A DNA stretch of 64,000 bases from Eledone cirrhosa (lineage: Eukaryota): the NCBI GenBank assembly GCA_964016885.1, contig OZ024744.1:107012001-107076000 (forward strand). Direction: 5' to 3'. Numbering within the stretch: position 1 is the first letter of the stretch; each line of letters starts with the position of its first letter. A program made the translations under genes and the position numbers. Below the pieces are notes generated by a model. It saw nothing but the letters and a program-made list of their open reading frames with translations. It searched no databases and had not been told where the DNA came from. This document shows, one piece after another, positions 49,801 through 64,000 of this stretch.

Positions 49801-52800
49801 CTGTATCAGCCTTAGACAACATTATACTATGACTATGGTGCCAAGCTGTGTGATCCTTAGATAACATTATACTATGACTATGGTGCCAAGCTGTATCAGA
49901 CTTGGACAACATTATACTATGACTATGGTGCCAAGCTGTATCAGACTTGGACAACATTATACTATGACTATGGTGCCAAGCTGTATCAGCCTTGGACAAC
50001 ATTATACAATGACTATGGTGCCAAGCTGTATCAGACCTGGACAACATTATACTATGACTATGGTGCCAAGCTGTATCAGCCTTAGACAACATTATACTAT
50101 GACTATGGTGCCAAGCTGTATCAGCCTTAGACAACATTATACTATGACTATGGTGCCAAGCTGTATCAGACTTGGACAACATTATACTATGACTATGGTG
50201 CCAAGCTGTATCAGACTTGGACAACATTATACTATGACTATGGTGCCAAGCTGTATCAGACTTGGACAACATTATACTACGACTATGGTGCCAAGGTGTA
50301 TCAGACTTAGACAACATTATACTGTGACTATAGTGCCAAGCTGTATCAGACTAGGACAACATTATACTATGACTATGGTGCCAAGCTGTATCAGACTAGG
50401 ACAACATTATACTATGACTATGGTGCCAAGTTGTATAAGCCTTAGACAATATTATACTATGACTATGGTGCCAAGCTGTATCAGACTTGGACAATATTAT
50501 ACTATGACTATGGTGCCAAGCTGTATCAGACTTGGACAACATTATACTATGACTATGGTGCCAAGCTGTATCAGACTAGGACAACATTATACTATGACTA
50601 TGGTGCCAAGCTGTATCAGACTTGGACAATATTATACTATGACTATGGTGCCAAGCTGTATCAGACTTAGACAACATTATACTATGACTATGGTGCCAAG
50701 CTGTATCAGCCTTAGACAACATTATACTATGACTATGGTGCCAAGCTGTGTGATCCTTAGATAACATTATACTATGACTATGGTGCCAAGCTGTATCAGA
50801 CTTGGACAACATTATACTATGACTATGGTGCCAAGCTGTATCAGACTTGGACAACATTATACTATGACTATGGTGCCAAGCTGTATCAGCCTTGGACAAC
50901 ATTATACAATGACTATGGTGCCAAGCTGTATCAGACCTGGACAACATTATACTATGACTATGGTGCCAAGCTGTATCAGCCTTAGACAACATTATACTAT
51001 GACTATGGTGCCAAGCTGTATCAGCCTTAGACAACATTATACTATGACTATGGTGCCAAGCTGTATCAGACTTGGACAACATTATACTATGACTATGGTG
51101 CCAAGCTGTATCAGCCTTAGACAATATTATACTATGACTATGGTGCCAAGCTGTATCAGACTTGGACAACATTATACTATGACTATGGTGCCAAGCTGTA
51201 TCAGACTTGGACAACATTATACTATGACTATGGTGCCAAGCTGTATCAGACTAGGACAACATTATACTATGACTATGGTGCCAAGCTGTATGATCCTTAG
51301 ATAACATTATACTATGACTATGGTGCCAAGCTGTATCAGACTTGGACAACATTATACTATGACTATGGTGCCAAGCTGTATCAGCCTTAGAGAACATTAT
51401 ACTATGACTATGGTGCCAAGCTGTATCAGACTTGGACAACATTATACTATGACCATGGTGCCAAGCTGTATCAGCCTTAGACAACATTATACTATGACTA
51501 TGGTGCCAAGCTGTATCAGACTTAGACAACATTATACTATGACTATGGTGCCAAGCTGTATCAGCCTTAGACAACATTATACTATGACTATGGTGCCAAG
51601 CTGTATCAGACTAGGACAACATTATACTATGACTATGGTGCCAAGCTGTATCAGCCTTAGACAACATTATACTATGACTATGGTGCCGAGCTGTATCAGC
51701 CTTAGACAACATTATACTATGACTATGGTGCCAAGCTGTATCAGACTTGGACAACATTATACTATGACTATGGTGCCAAGCTGTATCAGCCTTAGACAAC
51801 ATTATACTATGACTATGGTGCCAAGCTGTATCAGCCTTAGACAACATTATACTATGACTATGGTGCCAAGCTGTATCAAACTTGGACAACATTATACTAT
51901 GACTATGGTGCCAAGCTGTATCAGCCTTAGACAATATTATACTATGACTATGGTGCCAAGCTGTATCAGACTTGGACAACATTATACTATGACTATGGTG
52001 CCAAGCTGTATCAGCCTTAGAGAACATTATACTATGACTATGGTGCCAAGCTGTATCAGACTTGGACAACATTATACTATGACTATGGTGCCAAGCTGTA
52101 TCAGACTTGGACAACATTATACTATGACTATGGTGCCAAGCTGTATCAGACTTGGACAATATTATACTATGACTATGGTGCCAAGCTGTATCAGACTTGG
52201 ACAACATTATACTATGACTATGGTGCCAAGCTGTATCAGACTTGGACAACATTATACTATGACTATGGTGCCAAGCTATATCAGCCTTAGACAACATTAT
52301 ACTATGACTATGGTGCCAAGCTGTATCAGACTTGGACAACATTATACTATGACTATGGTGCCAAGCTGTATCAGCCTTAGACAATAGTATACTATGACTA
52401 TGGTGCCAAGCTGTATCAGACTTGGACAACATTATACTAAGACTATGGTGCCAAGCTGTATCAGCCTTAGAGAACATTATACTATGACTATGGTGCCAAG
52501 CTGTATCAGACTTGGACAACATTATACTATGACTATGGTGCCAAGCTGTATCAGCCTTAGACAATATTATACTATGACTATGGTGCCAAGCTGTATCAGA
52601 CTTGGACAACATTATACTATGACTATGGTGCCAAGCTGTATCAGACTTGGACAACATTATACTATGACTATGGTGCCAAGCTGTATCAGCCTTAGACAAC
52701 ATTATACTATGACTATGGTGCCAAGCTGTATCAGACTAGGACAACATTATACTATGACTATGGTGCCAAGCTGTATCAGCCTTAGACAACATTATACTAT

Positions 52801-54931
52801 GACTATGGTGCCAAGCTGTATCAGCCTTAGACAACATTATACTATGACTATGGTGCCAAGCTGTATCAGACTTGGACAACATTATACTATGACTATGGTG
52901 CCAAGCTGTATCAGACTTGGACAACATTATACTATGACTATGATACCAAGCTGTATCAGACTTGGACAACATTATACTATGACTATGGTGCCAAGCTGTA
53001 TCAGCCTTAGACAACATTATACTATGACTATGGTGCCAAGCTGTATCAGCCTTAGACAACATTATACTATGACTATGGTGCCAAGCTGTATCAGACTTGG
53101 ACAATATTATACTATGACTATGGTGCCAAGCTGTATCAGACTTGGACAACATTATACTATGACTATGGTGCCAAGCTGTATCAGACTTAGACAACATTAT
53201 ACTATGACTATGGTGCCAAGCTGTATCAGACTTGGACAACATTATACTATGACTATGGTGCCAAGCTGTATCAGACTTAGACAATATTATACTATGACTA
53301 TGGTGCCAAGCTGTATCAGACTTGGACAACATTATACTATGACTATGGTGCCAAGCTGTATCAGACTAGGACAACATTATCCTATGACTATGGTGCCAAG
53401 CTGTATCAGACTAGGACAACATTATACTATGACTATGGTGCCAAGTTGTATCAGACTTGGACAATGTTATACTATGACTACGGTGCCAAGCTGTATCAGA
53501 CTTAGACAATATTATACTATGACTACGGTGCCAAGCTGTATCAGACTAGGACAACATTATCCTATGACTATGGTGCCAAGCTGTATCAGACTAGGACAAC
53601 ATTATACTATGACTATGGTGCCAAGCTGTATCAGCCTTAGATAACATTATACTATGACTATGGTGCCAAGCTGTATCAGACTTGGACAATATTATACTAT
53701 GACTATGGTGCCAAGCTGTATCAGACTTAGACAACATTATACTATGACTATGGTGCAAAGCTGTATCAGACTTGGACTACATTATACTATGACTACTGTG
53801 CCAAGCTGTATCAGACTTGGACAATGTTATACTATGACTACGGTGCCAAGCTGTATCAGACTTAGACAATATTATACTATGACTATCGTGCCAGGCTGTA
53901 TCAGACTTGGACAATATTATACTATGACTATGGTGCCAAGCTGTATCAGACTTGGACAACATTATACTATGGCTATGGTGTCAAGCTGTATCGGACTTGG
54001 ACTACATTATTCTATGACTATGGTGCCAAGCTGTATCAGACTTGGACAACATTATACTATGACTATGGTGCCAAGCTGTATCAGCCTTAGACAATATTAT
54101 ACTATGACTATGGTGCCAAGCTGTATCAGACTTCGACAATATTATACTATGACTATGGTGCCAAGCTGTATCAGACTTGGACAATATTATACTATGACTA
54201 TGGTGCCAAGCTGTATCAGACTTGGACAACATTATACTATGACTATGGTGCCAAGCTGTATTAGACTTAGACAACATTATACTATGACTATGGTGCCAAG
54301 CTGTATCAGACTTGGACAACATTATACTATGACTATGGTGCCAAGCTGTATCAGACTTAGACAACATTATACTATGACTATGGTGCCAAGCTGTATCAGC
54401 CTTAGACAACATTATACTATGACTATGGTGCCAAGCTGTATCAAACTTGGACAACATTATACTATAACTATGGTGCCAAGCTGTATCAGACTTAGACAAT
54501 ATTATACTATGACTATGGTGCCAAGCTGTATCAGACTTAAACAACATTATACTATGACTATGGTGCCAAGCTGTATCAGACTTGGACAACATTATACTAT
54601 GACTATGGTGCCAAGCTGTAACAGACTTGGACAATATTATACTATGACTATGGTGCCAAGCTGTATCAGACATGTACAGCATTATATATACTATTACTAT
54701 GGTGCCAAGGTGTATAAGACTTGGACAACATTATACTATGACTATGGTGCCAAGCTGTATCAGACATGTACAGCATTATATATACTATTACTATGGTGCC
54801 AAGGTGTATCAGACTTGGACAATGTTATACTATGACTATGGTGCCAAGCTGTATCAGACTTGGACAATGTTATACTATGACTATGGTGCCAAGCTGTATC
54901 AGACTTGGACAACATTATTATACTATGACTA

Positions 54932-55107
54932 GGGCGGTGGATTGGCAGTATCGGTAGAGGGTCGGACTCCATGCTTTGACGCATAGAGTTATGGCCCTTG
55001 CCATTCTGAGTTCAAATCCCGCCGAGGTTAACTTTGCCTTTCATCCTTACGGGGTCGATAAAATAAATTACCAGTAATGTACTGGGTAATTTCTGGCCTT
55101 GTGCCAA
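54932..55107 (+). mobile_element. Family B SINE inside satellite, copy 1 of 4
   Basis: tggcagtatcggtag..gagttcaaatcccgccgagg..gcctttcatccttacggggtcgataaaataa; homologous to 26995-27154. Confidence 0.88.
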
Positions 55108-57545
55108 TAGCTGTATCAGAATTGGACAATGTTATACTATGACTATGGTGCCAAGCTGTATCAGTCTTAGATAACATACTATGACTATGGTGCCAAGCTG
55201 TATCAGATTTGGACAATATTATACTATGACTATGGTGCCAAGCTGTATCAGACTTGGACGACAACATACTGTGACTATAGTGCCAAGCTGTATCAGCCTT
55301 AGATAACATTATACTATGTCTATGGTGCCAGGCTGTATAAGCCTTAGACAACATTATACTATGACTATGGTGCCAAGCTGTATCAGACTTCGACAACATT
55401 ATACTATGACTATGGTGCCAGGCTGTATAAGCCTTAGACAACATTATACTATGACTATGGTGCCAAGCTGTATCAGCCTTAGACAACATTATACTATGTC
55501 TATGGTGCCAGGCTGTATAAGCCTTAGACAACATTATACTATGACTATGGTGCCAAGCTGTATCAGACTTCGACAACATTATACTATGACTATGGTGCCA
55601 AGCTGTATCAGACTTGGACAACATTATTCTATGACTATGGTGCCAAGCTGTATAAGCCTTAGACAAGTTTATACTATGACTATGGTGCCAAGCTGTATCA
55701 GACTTGGACAACATTATACTATGACTATGGTTGTACAAGTTGTATAAGCCTTGGACAACATTATACTATGACTATGGTGCCAAGCTGTATCAGACTTGGA
55801 CAACATTATACTATGACTATGGTGCCAAGCTGTATCAGACTTGGACAACATTATACTATGACTATGGTGCCAAGCTGTATCAGACTTAGACAACATTATA
55901 CTATGACTATGGTGCCAAGCTGTATGATCCTTAGATAACATTATACTATGACTATGGTGCCAAGCTGTATCAGACTTGGACAACATTATACTATGACTAT
56001 GGTGCCAAGCTGTATCAGCATTAGATAACATTATATATACTATGACTATGGTGCCAAGCTGTATCAGACTAGGACAACATTATACTATGACTATGGTGCC
56101 AAGCTGTATCAGCCTTAGATAACATTATACTATGACTATGGTGCCAAGCTGTATCAGACTTGGACAATATTATACTATGACTATGGTGCCAAGCTGTATC
56201 AGACTTAGACAACATTATACTATGACTATGGTGCAAAGCTGTATCAGACTTGGACTACATTATACTATGACTACTGTGCCAAGCTGTATCAGACTTGGAC
56301 AATGTTATACTATGACTACGGTGCCAAGCTGTATCAGACTTAGACAATATTATACTATGACTATCGTGCCAGACTGTATCAGACTTGGACAATATTATAC
56401 TATGACTATGGTGCCAAGCTGTATCAGACTTGGACAATATTATACTATGGCTATGGTGTCAAGCTGTATCGGACTTGGACTACATTATTCTATGACTATG
56501 GTGCCAAGCTGTATCAGACTTGGACAACATTATACTATGACTATGGTGCCAAGCTGTATCAGCCTTAGACAATATTATACTATGACTATGGTGCCAAGCT
56601 GTATCAGACTTAGATAACATTATACTATGACTATGGTGCCAAGCTGTATCAGACTAGGACAACATTATACTATGACTATGGTGCCAAGCTGTATCAGCCT
56701 TAGACAATATTATACTATGACTATGGTGCCAAGCTGTATCAGACTTCGACAATATTATACTATGACTATGGTGCCAAGCTGTATCAGACTTGGACAACAT
56801 TATACTATGACTATGGTGCCAAGCTGTATCAGACTTGGACAACATTATACTATGACTATGGTGCCAAGCTGTATTAGACTTAGACAACATTATACTATGA
56901 CTATGGTGCCAAGCTGTATCAGACTTGGACAACATTATACTATGACTATGGTGCCAAGCTGTATCAGACTTAGACAACATTATACTATGACTATGGTGCC
57001 AAGCTGTATCAGCCTTAGACAACATTATACTATGACTATGGTGCCAAGCTGTATCAGACTTGGACAACATTATACTATAACTATGGTGCCAAGCTGTATC
57101 AGACTTAGACAATATTATACTATGACTATGGTGCCAAGCTGTATCAGACTTAGACAACATTATACTATGACTATGGTGCCAAGCTGTATCAGACTTGGAC
57201 AACATTATACTATGACTATGGTGCCAAGCTGTAACAGACTTGGACAATATTATACTATGACTATGGTGCCAAGCTGTATCAGACATGTACAGCATTATAT
57301 ATACTATTACTATGGTGCCAAGGTGTATAAGACTTGGACAACATTATACTATGACTATGGTGCCAAGCTGTATCAGACATGTACAGCATTATATATACTA
57401 TTACTATGGTGCCAAGGTGTATCAGAACTTGGACAATGTTATACTATGACTATGGTGCCAAGCTGTATCAGACTTGGACAATGTTATACTATGACTATGG
57501 TGCCAAGCTGTATCAGACTTGGACAACATTATTATACTATGACTA

Positions 57546-57721
57546 GGGCGGTGGATTGGCAGTATCGGTAGAGGGTCGGACTCCATGCTTTGACGCATAG
57601 AGTTATGGCCCTTGCCATTCTGAGTTCAAATCCCGCCGAGGTTAACTTTGCCTTTCATCCTTACGGGGTCGATAAAATAAATTACCAGTAATGTACTGGG
57701 TAATTTCTGGCCTTGTGCCAA
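57546..57721 (+). mobile_element. Family B SINE inside satellite, copy 2
   Basis: Appears identical to 54932-55107, with the same junctions. Confidence 0.88.
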
Positions 57722-60473
57722 TAGCTGTATCAGAATTGGACAATGTTATACTATGACTATGGTGCCAAGCTGTATCAGTCTTAGATAACATACTATGACT
57801 ATGGTGCCAAGCTGTATCAGATTTGGACAATATTATACTATGACTATGGTGCCAAGCTGTATCAGACTTGGACGACAACATACTGTGACTATAGTGCCAA
57901 GCTGTATCAGCCTTAGATAACATTATACTATGTCTATGGTGCCAGGCTGTATAAGCCTTAGACAACATTATACTATGACTATGGTGCCAAGCTGTATCAG
58001 ACTTCGACAACATTATACTATGACTATGGTGCCAGGCTGTATAAGCCTTAGACAACATTATACTATGACTATGGTGCCAAGCTGTATCAGCCTTAGACAA
58101 CATTATACTATGTCTATGGTGCCAGGCTGTATAAGCCTTAGACAACATTATACTATGACTATGGTGCCAAGCTGTATCAGACTTCGACAACATTATACTA
58201 TGACTATGGTGCCAAGCTGTATCAGACTTGGACAACATTATTCTATGACTATGGTGCCAAGCTGTATAAGCCTTAGACAAGTTTATACTATGACTATGGT
58301 GCCAAGCTGTATCAGACTTGGACAACATTATACTATGACTATGGTTGTACAAGTTGTATAAGCCTTGGACAACATTATACTATGACTATGGTGCCAAGCT
58401 GTATCAGACTTGGACAACATTATACTATGACTATGGTGCCAAGCTGTATCAGACTTGGACAACATTATACTATGACTATGGTGCCAAGCTGTATCAGACT
58501 TAGACAACATTATACTATGACTATGGTGCCAAGCTGTATGATCCTTAGATAACATTATACTATGACTATGGTGCCAAGCTGTATCAGACTTGGACAACAT
58601 TATACTATGACTATGGTGCCAAGCTGTATCAGCATTAGATAACATTATATATACTATGACTATGGTGCAAAGCTGTATCAGACTTGGACTACATTATACT
58701 ATGACTATGGTGCCAAGGTGTATCAGACTTGGACAACATTATACTATGACTATGGTGCCAAGCTGTATCAGACTAGGACAACATTATCCTATGACTATGG
58801 TGCCAAGCTGTATCAGACTAGGACAACATTATACTATGACTATGGTGCCAAGCTGTATCAGACTTGGACAATGTTATACTATGACTACGGTGCCAAGCTG
58901 TATCAGACTTAGACAATATTATACTATGACTACGGTGCCAAGCTGTATCAGACTAGGACAACATTATCCTATGACTATGGTGCCAAGCTGTATCAGACTA
59001 GGACAACATTATACTATGACTATGGTGCCAAGCTGTATCAGCCTTAGATAACATTATACTATGACTATGGTGCCAAGCTGTATCAGACTTGGACAATATT
59101 ATACTATGACTATGGTGCCAAGCTGTATCAGACTTAGACAACATTATACTATGACTATGGTGCAAAGCTGTATCAGACTTGGACTACATTATACTATGAC
59201 TACTGTGCCAAGCTGTATCAGACTTGGACAATGTTATACTATGACTACGGTGCCAAGCTGTATCAGACTTAGACAATATTATACTATGACTATCGTGCCA
59301 GGCTGTATCAGACTTGGACAATATTATACTATGACTATGGTGCCAAGCTGTATCAGACTTGGACAATATTATACTATGGCTATGGTGTCAAGCTGTATCG
59401 GACTTGGACTACATTATTCTATGACTATGGTGCCAAGCTGTATCAGACTTGGACAACATTATACTATGACTATGGTGCCAAGCTGTATCAGCCTTAGACA
59501 ATATTATACTATGACTATGGTGCCAAGCTGTATCAGACTTAGATAACATTATACTATGACTATGGTGCCAAGCTGTATCAGACTAGGACAACATTATACT
59601 ATGACTATGGTGCCAAGCTGTATCAGCCTTAGACAATATTATACTATGACTATGGTGCCAAGCTGTATCAGACTTCGACAATATTATACTATGACTATGG
59701 TGCCAAGCTGTATCAGACTTGGACAACATTATACTATGACTATGGTGCCAAGCTGTATCAGACTTGGACAACATTATACTATGACTATGGTGCCAAGCTG
59801 TATCAGACTTAGACAACATTATACTATGACTATGGTGCCAAGCTGTATCAGACTTGGACAACATTATACTATGACTATGGTGCCAAGCTGTATCAGACTT
59901 AGACAACATTATACTATGACTATGGTGCCAAGCTGTATCAGCCTTAGACAACATTATACTATGACTATGGTGCCAAGCTGTATCAGACTTGGACAACATT
60001 ATACTATAACTATGGTGCCAAGCTGTATCAGACTTAGACAATATTATACTATGACTATGGTGCCAAGCTGTATCAGACTTAGACAACATTATACTATGAC
60101 TATGGTGCCAAGCTGTATCAGACTTGGATAACATTATACTATGACTATGGTGCCAAGCTGTAACAGACTTGGACAATATTATACTATGACTATGGTGCCA
60201 AGCTGTATCAGACATGTACAGCATTATATATACTATTACTATGGTGCCAAGGTGTATAAGACTTGGACAACATTATACTATGACTATGGTTCCAAGCTGT
60301 ATCAGACATGTACAGCATTATATATACTATTACTATGGTGCCAAGGTGTATCAGACTTGGACAATGTTATACTATGACTATGGTGCCAAGCTGTATCAGA
60401 CTTGGACAATGTTATACTATGACTATGGTGCCAAGCTGTATCAGACTTGGACAACATTATTATACTATGACTA

Positions 60474-60649
60474 GGGCGGTGGATTGGCAGTATCGGTAGA
60501 GGGTCGGACTCCATGCTTTGACGCATAGAGTTATGGCCCTTGCCATTCTGAGTTCAAATCCCGCCGAGGTTAACTTTGCCTTTCATCCTTACGGGGTCGA
60601 TAAAATAAATTACCAGTAATGTACTGGGTAATTTCTGGCCTTGTGCCAA
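60474..60649 (+). mobile_element. Family B SINE inside satellite, copy 3
   Basis: Appears identical to 54932-55107, with the same junctions. Confidence 0.88.
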
Positions 60650-61865
60650 TAGCTGTATCAGAATTGGACAATGTTATACTATGACTATGGTGCCAAGCTG
60701 TATCAGTCTTAGATAACATACTATGACTATGGTGCCAAGCTGTATCAGATTTGGACAATATTATACTATGACTATGGTGCCAAGCTGTATCAGACTTGGA
60801 CGACAACATACTGTGACTATAGTGCCAAGCTGTATCAGCCTTAGATAACATTATACTATGTCTATGGTGCCAGGCTGTATAAGCCTTAGACAACATTATA
60901 CTATGACTATGGTGCCAAGCTGTATCAGACTTCGACAACATTATACTATGACTATGGTGCCAGGCTGTATAAGCCTTAGACAACATTATACTATGACTAT
61001 GGTGCCAAGCTGTATCAGACTAGGACAACATTATACTATGACTATGGTGCCAAGCTGTATCAGCCTTAGACAATATTATACTATGACTATGGTGCCAAGC
61101 TGTATCAGACTTCGACAATATTATACTATGACTATGGTGCCAAGCTGTATCAGACTTGGACAACATTATACTATGACTATGGTGCCAAGCTGTATCAGAC
61201 TTGGACAACATTATACTATGACTATGGTGCCAAGCTGTATCAGACTTAGACAACATTATACTATGACTATGGTGCCAAGCTGTATCAGACTTGGACAACA
61301 TTATACTATGACTATGGTGCCAAGCTGTATCAGACTTAGACAACATTATACTATGACTATGGTGCCAAGCTGTATCAGCCTTAGACAACATTATACTATG
61401 ACTATGGTGCCAAGCTGTATCAGACTTGGACAACATTATACTATAACTATGGTGCCAAGCTGTATCAGACTTAGACAACATTATACTATGACTATGGTGC
61501 CAAGCTGTATCAGACTTGGATAACATTATACTATGACTATGGTGCCAAGCTGTAACAGACTTGGACAATATTATACTATGACTATGGTGCCAAGCTGTAT
61601 CAGACATGTACAGCATTATATATACTATTACTATGGTGCCAAGGTGTATAAGACTTGGACAACATTATACTATGACTATGGTTCCAAGCTGTATCAGACA
61701 TGTACAGCATTATATATACTATTACTATGGTGCCAAGGTGTATCAGACTTGGACAATGTTATACTATGACTATGGTGCCAAGCTGTATCAGACTTGGACA
61801 ATGTTATACTATGACTATGGTGCCAAGCTGTATCAGACTTGGACAACATTATTATACTATGACTA

Positions 61866-62041
61866 GGGCGGTGGATTGGCAGTATCGGTAGAGGGTCGGA
61901 CTCCATGCTTTGACGCATAGAGTTATGGCCCTTGCCATTCTGAGTTCAAATCCCGCCGAGGTTAACTTTGCCTTTCATCCTTACGGGGTCGATAAAATAA
62001 ATTACCAGTAATGTACTGGGTAATTTCTGGCCTTGTGCCAA
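61866..62041 (+). mobile_element. Family B SINE inside satellite, copy 4
   Basis: Appears identical to 54932-55107, with the same junctions. Confidence 0.88.
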
Positions 62042-64000
62042 TAGCTGTATCAGAATTGGACAATGTTATACTATGACTATGGTGCCAAGCTGTATCAGTC
62101 TTAGATAACATACTATGACTATGGTGCCAAGCTGTATCAGATTTGGACAATATTATACTATGACTATGGTGCCAAGCTGTATCAGACTTGGACGACAACA
62201 TACTGTGACTATAGTGCCAAGCTGTATCAGCCTTAGATAACATTATACTATGTCTATGGTGCCAGGCTGTATAAGCCTTAGACAACATTATACTATGACT
62301 ATGGTGCCAAGCTGTATCAGACTTCGACAACATTATACTATGACTATGGTGCCAGGCTGTATAAGCCTTAGACAACATTATACTATGACTATGGTGCCAA
62401 GCTGTATCAGCCTTAGACAACATTATACTATGTCTATGGTGCCAGGCTGTATAAGCCTTAGACAACATTATACTATGACTATGGTGCCAAGCTGTATCAG
62501 ACTTCGACAACATTATACTATGACTATGGTGCCAAGCTGTATCAGACTTGGACAACATTATACAATGACTATGGTGCCAAGCTGTATCAGACTTGGACAA
62601 CATTATACTATAACTATGGTGCCAAGCTGTATCAGACTTGGACAACATTATACTATGATTATGGTGCCAAGCTGTATCAGCCTTAGATAACATTATACTA
62701 TGACTATGGTGCCAAGCTGTATCAGACTTAGACAACATTATGCTATGACTATGGTGCCAAGCTGTATGATCCTGAGATAACATTATACTATGACTATGGT
62801 GCCAAGCTGTATCAGACTTGGACAACATTATACTATGACTATGGTGCCAAGCTGTATCAGCTTTAGATAACATTATACTATGACACCAAGCTGTATCAGC
62901 CTTAGACAATATTACACTATGACTATGGTGCCAAGCCGTATAAGCCTTAGACAATATTATACTATGACTATGGTGCCAAGCTGTATCAGCCTTGGACAAC
63001 ATTATACTATGACTATGGTGCCAAGCTGTATCAGACCTGGACAACATTATACTATGACTATGGTGCCAAGCTATATCAGACTAGGACAACATTATACTAT
63101 AACTATGGTGCCAAGCTGTATCAGCCTTAGATAACATTATACTATGACTATGGTGTCAAGCTGTATCAGACTTGGACAATATTATACTATGACTATGGTG
63201 CCAAGCTGTATCAGACTTAGACAATATTATACTATGACTATGGTGCCAAGCTGTATCAGCCTCTGATAACATTATACTATGACTATGGTGCCAAGCTGTA
63301 TCAGACTTGGACAACATTATACTATGACTATGGTGCCAAGCTGTATCAGACTAGGACAACATTATACTATGACTATGGTGCCAAGCTGTATCAGACTAGG
63401 ACAACATTATACTATGACTATGGTGCCAAGCTGTATCAGCCTTAGACAACATTATACTATGACTATGGTGCCAAGCTGTATCAGATTTAGACAACATTAT
63501 ACTATGACTATGGTGCCAAGCTGTATCAGACTTGGACAACATTATACTATGACTATGGTGCCAAGCTGTATCAGACTTGGACAACATTATACTATGACTA
63601 TGGTGCCAAGCTGTATCAGACTTAGACAACATTATACTATGACTATGGTGCCAAGCTGTATCAGACTTAGACAACATTATACTATGACTATGGTGCCAAG
63701 CTGTATCAGACTTAGACAACATTATACTATGACTATGGTGCCAAGCTGTATCAGACTTAGACAACATTATACTATGACTATGGTGCCAAGCTGTATCAGA
63801 CTTGGACAACATTATACTATGACTATGGTGCCAAGCTGTATCAGACTTGGACAACATTATACTATGACTATGGTGCCAAGCTATATCAGACTTGGACAAT
63901 ATTATACTATGACTATGGTGCCAAGCTGTATCAGACTTGGACAACATTATACTATGACTATGGTGCCAAGCTGTATCAGACTTGGACAACATTATACTAT

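Larger units (their letters stand above)
43975..64000. repeat. 45-bp tandem satellite, >20 kb (~430 copies), with higher-order duplications; runs off the window
   Basis: Unit ctatgactatggtgccaagctgtatcagacttggacaacattata. Confidence 0.99.

Noticed and set aside
43997-63992. Long repetitive ORFs (MTMVPSCIRLGQHYT)n and (MLSKSDTAWHHSHSI)n
   Set aside because: By-product of a 45-bp unit divisible by three; open on both strands, randomly broken by stops and frameshifts, no unique domains.

Overview
AT-rich, repeat-dense animal genomic DNA; the SINE/RTE repertoire suggests a coleoid cephalopod, probably an octopod (inference from recognition, not a search). The only supportable host gene is a NEURL4-like gene on the minus strand. 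Two coding exons (34909-34745 and 6910-6556) splice in phase across a ~27.8 kb intron to give the first NHR domain, and a candidate promoter lies near 37.1 kb. The rest comprises a decayed full-length pogo transposon, many RTE LINE fragments, tRNA-derived SINEs, piggyBac-like MITEs and tandem arrays (51, 83, 26, 94 and 45 bp units). The 51-bp and 45-bp arrays appear to derive from SINE segments. The most striking signal is about 20 short, mutually divergent non-coding elements, most of them embedded in (TA)n tracts. They share one architecture: an inverted (fold-back) arm, a type I hammerhead ribozyme or its 3' half, and a 3' tail carrying a covarying RCTC-stem-bulge-GAGY hairpin. They resemble Penelope-like-element termini, but no PLE ORF is present here. 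All structures were read by eye; nothing was computed or searched.
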